DNA of 64,000 nucleotides from Folioceros fuciformis (Eukaryota): NCBI GenBank assembly GCA_049999805.1, contig JBNGIO010006046.1, positions 1 to 64,000 of the forward strand, read 5' to 3'. Shown piece by piece: positions 60,381 to 64,000 of this stretch (position 1 is its first letter; each line of letters starts with the position of its first letter). The notes under the pieces were generated by a model. It saw only the letters and a program-made list of their open reading frames with translations, ran no database searches and was not told where the DNA came from. The position numbers and the translations under genes were made by a program.

Positions 60381-62014
60381 CCCGACAATCGCATGTCTAC
60401 CCTGTTACAGCCACCCTTGGCGGCAGTTGTAGCACATTGACAGCAGCGAGAGACATCTGGAAGCCGATCCTACAACGCTTGCCGGTCGTAGGTGCAGGCT
60501 ACGTGCTATGAAGCTCTCCTCTGACTTGTGTTTCCAAATCGAATCCTGGAGCCACCTAGGAAAGATCAACCTTCCGGATAGAAACAAAAGCAGCAACATG
60601 CCCCCATGAAGGCAACGGCTGATTTCAGCATCAAAATCAAAAGAATCGGGCAAAATCACAAAAAAACGGTCGGACTTCACCCAGTACGTCACAATCAAAA
60701 GCAGCAAACAAGTGCAGGAATTGCTGGGCCCGTCACACGTTTCTTGCACGAGCAGCTCATCTGGACTACAACCTTCCCAACAACCAGTCAGCACCCCAAC
60801 TCCCCCGACATACAATCGGTGTCTCTCGTGTTTCATTCTGGTGCCCCAGCCCCTGATGTCTCCAGCTCCGAGCGAAACCCGTTCGTCTCCAGCTCCACAT
60901 CAGACAATTCACCACACGGGCCTGGCCTCACGTCGGACACCCGCAATGGCCAGACGCTTCAATATCCTCAGTCCGACTAACCAGTGATTCTCATCGTCCT
61001 CAAGCTGACTAAGTACTGAGAGATGGCTTCCTCATAGCTGAAACATACCGGTAGACGATCCCGACGCAGCCAAGGTGGGTAGCATACAATGCAACAGTTG
61101 TGACGCTGGTATCAGAACATCGGCAGCAGTCCGTAGATTAGGGTCTCTCGATCGGCTTGAGGCAGGCATAACACAGATTACACTCTTCCTCGTCCGACCT
61201 AGGGCTCTGTTCTTGCCTTACACTTCACGCGTGCCCAATTGCAATCCCGCTCCTCCACATATATATAGAGTGCCGACCGAGTCTCGCCTCGGTATCATGC
61301 CTGTTAGTCTTCGCCGATCCATTGTAGCGACTTGCTGAGTTGTCGAGCCTTCCAATGCTCCCTCGAGGTTTATGGTGGCCCGTATTTGAGCCACGTTTTC
61401 CGCTTCTTTTCGCCGAACTTGTCTCTCTCTAGTAAGCTTAAACCTTTTTAACATCAAACCCGCATTCTCGTTCAAAAATAAAAATTGAAGCACGATTAAA
61501 GATTACGATTGTTTTGATACATAAACGACGTTCAAGTTATGTATAATCATTTCTTTATACATAAAAAAACCTTAAACCTGAATTTGAAGCTCAAAGTTCA
61601 TTGTGTGAAGGCTCAAGGGTCTTTTTACAAAGGCCCCACCAATGAGATGATATATTTAAGTTTAAATCTCTTTATTTTTTTAATCTATTAAAGAAGAAAA
61701 AGGAAATCTTTCGAGTCCACCAAGGAGACATGACTATGTCCATTCATTGAGGAATAAAAGAAAAGGTGAAACTAATTTAATTTCATGTCTTTTGCACTTC
61801 TCCTTTTCATATTATTTAATCCACCCATTGGGTACGGACCATGTTGTATGATGAAAGGTCCTATTTAAGGAGGTAACACTTTATAGAATTCTCCTTTAAG
61901 AAGGGCCAACTACATATATTTGAGTAAGTTCAAAATAATTGCTATCAACACATGCAATATATAGATATAAGTAAAGTTGTGGGCCATTGATTTGGGAATA
62001 GCACCATAGTATAG

Positions 62015-62770
62015 CTTCTAGACATGGATCTTAGTAGGTTCATTTTAGATAGTTTCTAGACATGGATCTTAGTAGGTTGATTTTAGATAGCTTCTAGACA
62101 TGGATCTTAGTANNNNNNNNNNNNNNNNNNNNNNNNNNNNNNNNNNNNNNNNNNNNNNNNNNNNNNNNNNNNNNNNNNNNNNNNNNNNNNNNNNNNNNNN
62201 NNNNNNNNNNNNGATCTTAGTAGGTTGATTTTAGATAGCTTCTAGACATGGATCTCAGTAGGTTCATTTTAGCTTTTGGACATGAGATCTTTGTAGGTTC
62301 ATTTTAGCTTTTGAACATTGCATCTTTATAGAGCGAGAGAAAGTTGGAAAGGGGAGCAACATATGGTGCCTCTTCGATGGGTGGCAGGCCCTCTTATCCA
62401 TTTGGTGCATTGTGGCACATCATAAGGAAAGTAGTCCACATCCCAAAGCCTAAGACTTAGTGTCACAAGAAACATTAGGGAAAGTATCCTTGTAAGCCCT
62501 CTTAAGATGCCAATACCATCTTCACATCATACTCAAGACTGAAAGACCAAGTCCTTAACCTTGGCCATGCACCTCAAGTCCTATGAACCTTGACCACACA
62601 CCCCAAGGCCTTACTAGACACTATGCAACCACACAACTTGGCCGTGCACCTCAAGCCCTATGAACCTTGACCACACGCCCCAAAGCCTTACTAGACACTG
62701 TGCAACCACACAACTTGGCCATGCACCTCAAGCCCTTACTACTAGATACTATACAACCACACAACTTGGT
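62015..62770. repeat. Tandem minisatellites (~37-bp unit spanning a 100-N gap; ~65-bp unit at 62560-62770)
   Basis: TTCTAGACATGGATCTTAGTAGGTT.ATTTTAGATAG repeats; CTTGGCC.TGCACCTCAAG..CTTACTAGACACT repeats. Confidence 0.8.
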
Positions 62771-62999
62771 CCACCATGCACCACTTGTGTTGAACCAGGC
62801 AAGCATAGATCAAGATAACAAGACATGACAAACTGTTCTAGAGGTTCTCATAGTCTTTTATAAGGCATCTCTCCTCTCACCTCCAGGTAGTTATTAATTA
62901 AGTAATTTGGATTAGTATGTCATTGGGTTCCACTAGAGTCTAAGCAATGAGCAAGGGGCAGGTGCCCCTTGTGGATCTAATGCTAATCAGATATACTTG

Positions 63000-64000
63000 C
63001 CTTAGTCCCTAAGGCAGCAAATCGTAGAGGAGTTGTGGTCCTTACAACTAGAGCAAGCTGTCATAATCCGATATTTTCTTCACGAAAAAAAACGAGTGAG
63101 GAAGACCATACCACACCCCACTGATTCGAGAGCCATGGTTGGGCTAAAGCCTCATCTAGTCCAAATAAGGCAGTTTGCTTTGCGAATAAGAAATTTTTCA
63201 TAGAGAAGAGCCACCATAACCACGTGCCCACTTCTCGCCAAACACCTTGCTCAAAGTTGCATTGAAAGAACAAGTGTTGGCTTTTGTTAGGGGCACCCAG
63301 TGCTTCACATTGTGCACCGTTCCTCCCCCGTAGCCACTAACAGTCTGTCCCAACGGTTGGCGTTAGGCAAGCACGCTTGGAAATTACTCGAGGGATAAAA
63401 TCTTGCTCCAAAGACCTCTAAAACCTTGTGGAGGAATACCAAGCACATCGTCCCTATTAAGGGTCTTTGCCACAATGAGGAAGGCTTTAACCTCTAGGTA
63501 GTTGCTCTAAATTGAGGCTAAAAGTGGCGAACAATCCTTGGTATCTAGTAAGGGCTTATCGGCTAGAATGTTGTCCATCAACCTCCGTCCTTGAATTTGA
63601 TCCAAGTGCTAGGTTAACTAGCTTTACCAAGAGTATCTGGTTGGATTTGTAGCCTTTAGAACCCATTCCGCATGTAAAGTTTCTTGGGGTCCACTAGTCC
63701 CACACTGCCCAACTACTTGGACTAAATAATATGCTGCCATGCCACCTTATGAAATGAGAAGAGGACTCCATAAGAAGTGAGTCACAATTTGTTGCAATCT
63801 CCTCAAATCTGCCTTACTAGGAGCCCATAGGAAGAGACAATACCATCAAGAAGCAGTCAATATGTGGTTTATCACTACAATCTTCTAGTAGTAACTTGAA
63901 GGTCAGATCCCTAGTAGTTGGGGTACTTTCCCCACAAGCTCCATTCCTATTGCTGTAGCCAATTTTACCAAGTCAGCTTTTAATTGTACAGGTACTTGTC
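63000..64000 (-). mobile_element. Degenerate plant L1 LINE 3' fragment (zf-RVT region)
   Basis: HLFFQCNFEQGVW resembles the L1 C-terminal zinc-binding HLFFxCxFAxxVW motif; Trp-rich, stop-ridden frames. Confidence 0.45.

Overview
Gene-dense land-plant nuclear DNA from a draft assembly with many N gaps. A hornwort (Anthoceros-like) origin is inferred from the 37-aa 'LL' PPR motifs, the PG-box 'WW' signature and the short introns. Apparently intact genes: three paralogous PLS-class PPR genes (29, 35 and 20 motifs, with decayed DYW tails), a receptor-like kinase with an unusual ricin-B lectin + DUF642-like ectodomain, a PLATZ factor, an ARM-repeat protein, PRMT5, a GPI8/PIG-K apparently lacking its transmembrane anchor, a CHR27/CHR28-like SNF2-RING helicase, and two candidate small ORFs. 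Also present: a decayed kinase-less copy of the receptor, a frameshifted SnRK/CIPK-like kinase, and many TE relics (Ty1/copia, two MULEs, a probable solo LTR, a Tad1-like LINE with RNase H, an L1 fragment). The most novel candidate is the ricin-B/DUF642 receptor kinase. All calls come from reading motifs by eye; no database searches were run.
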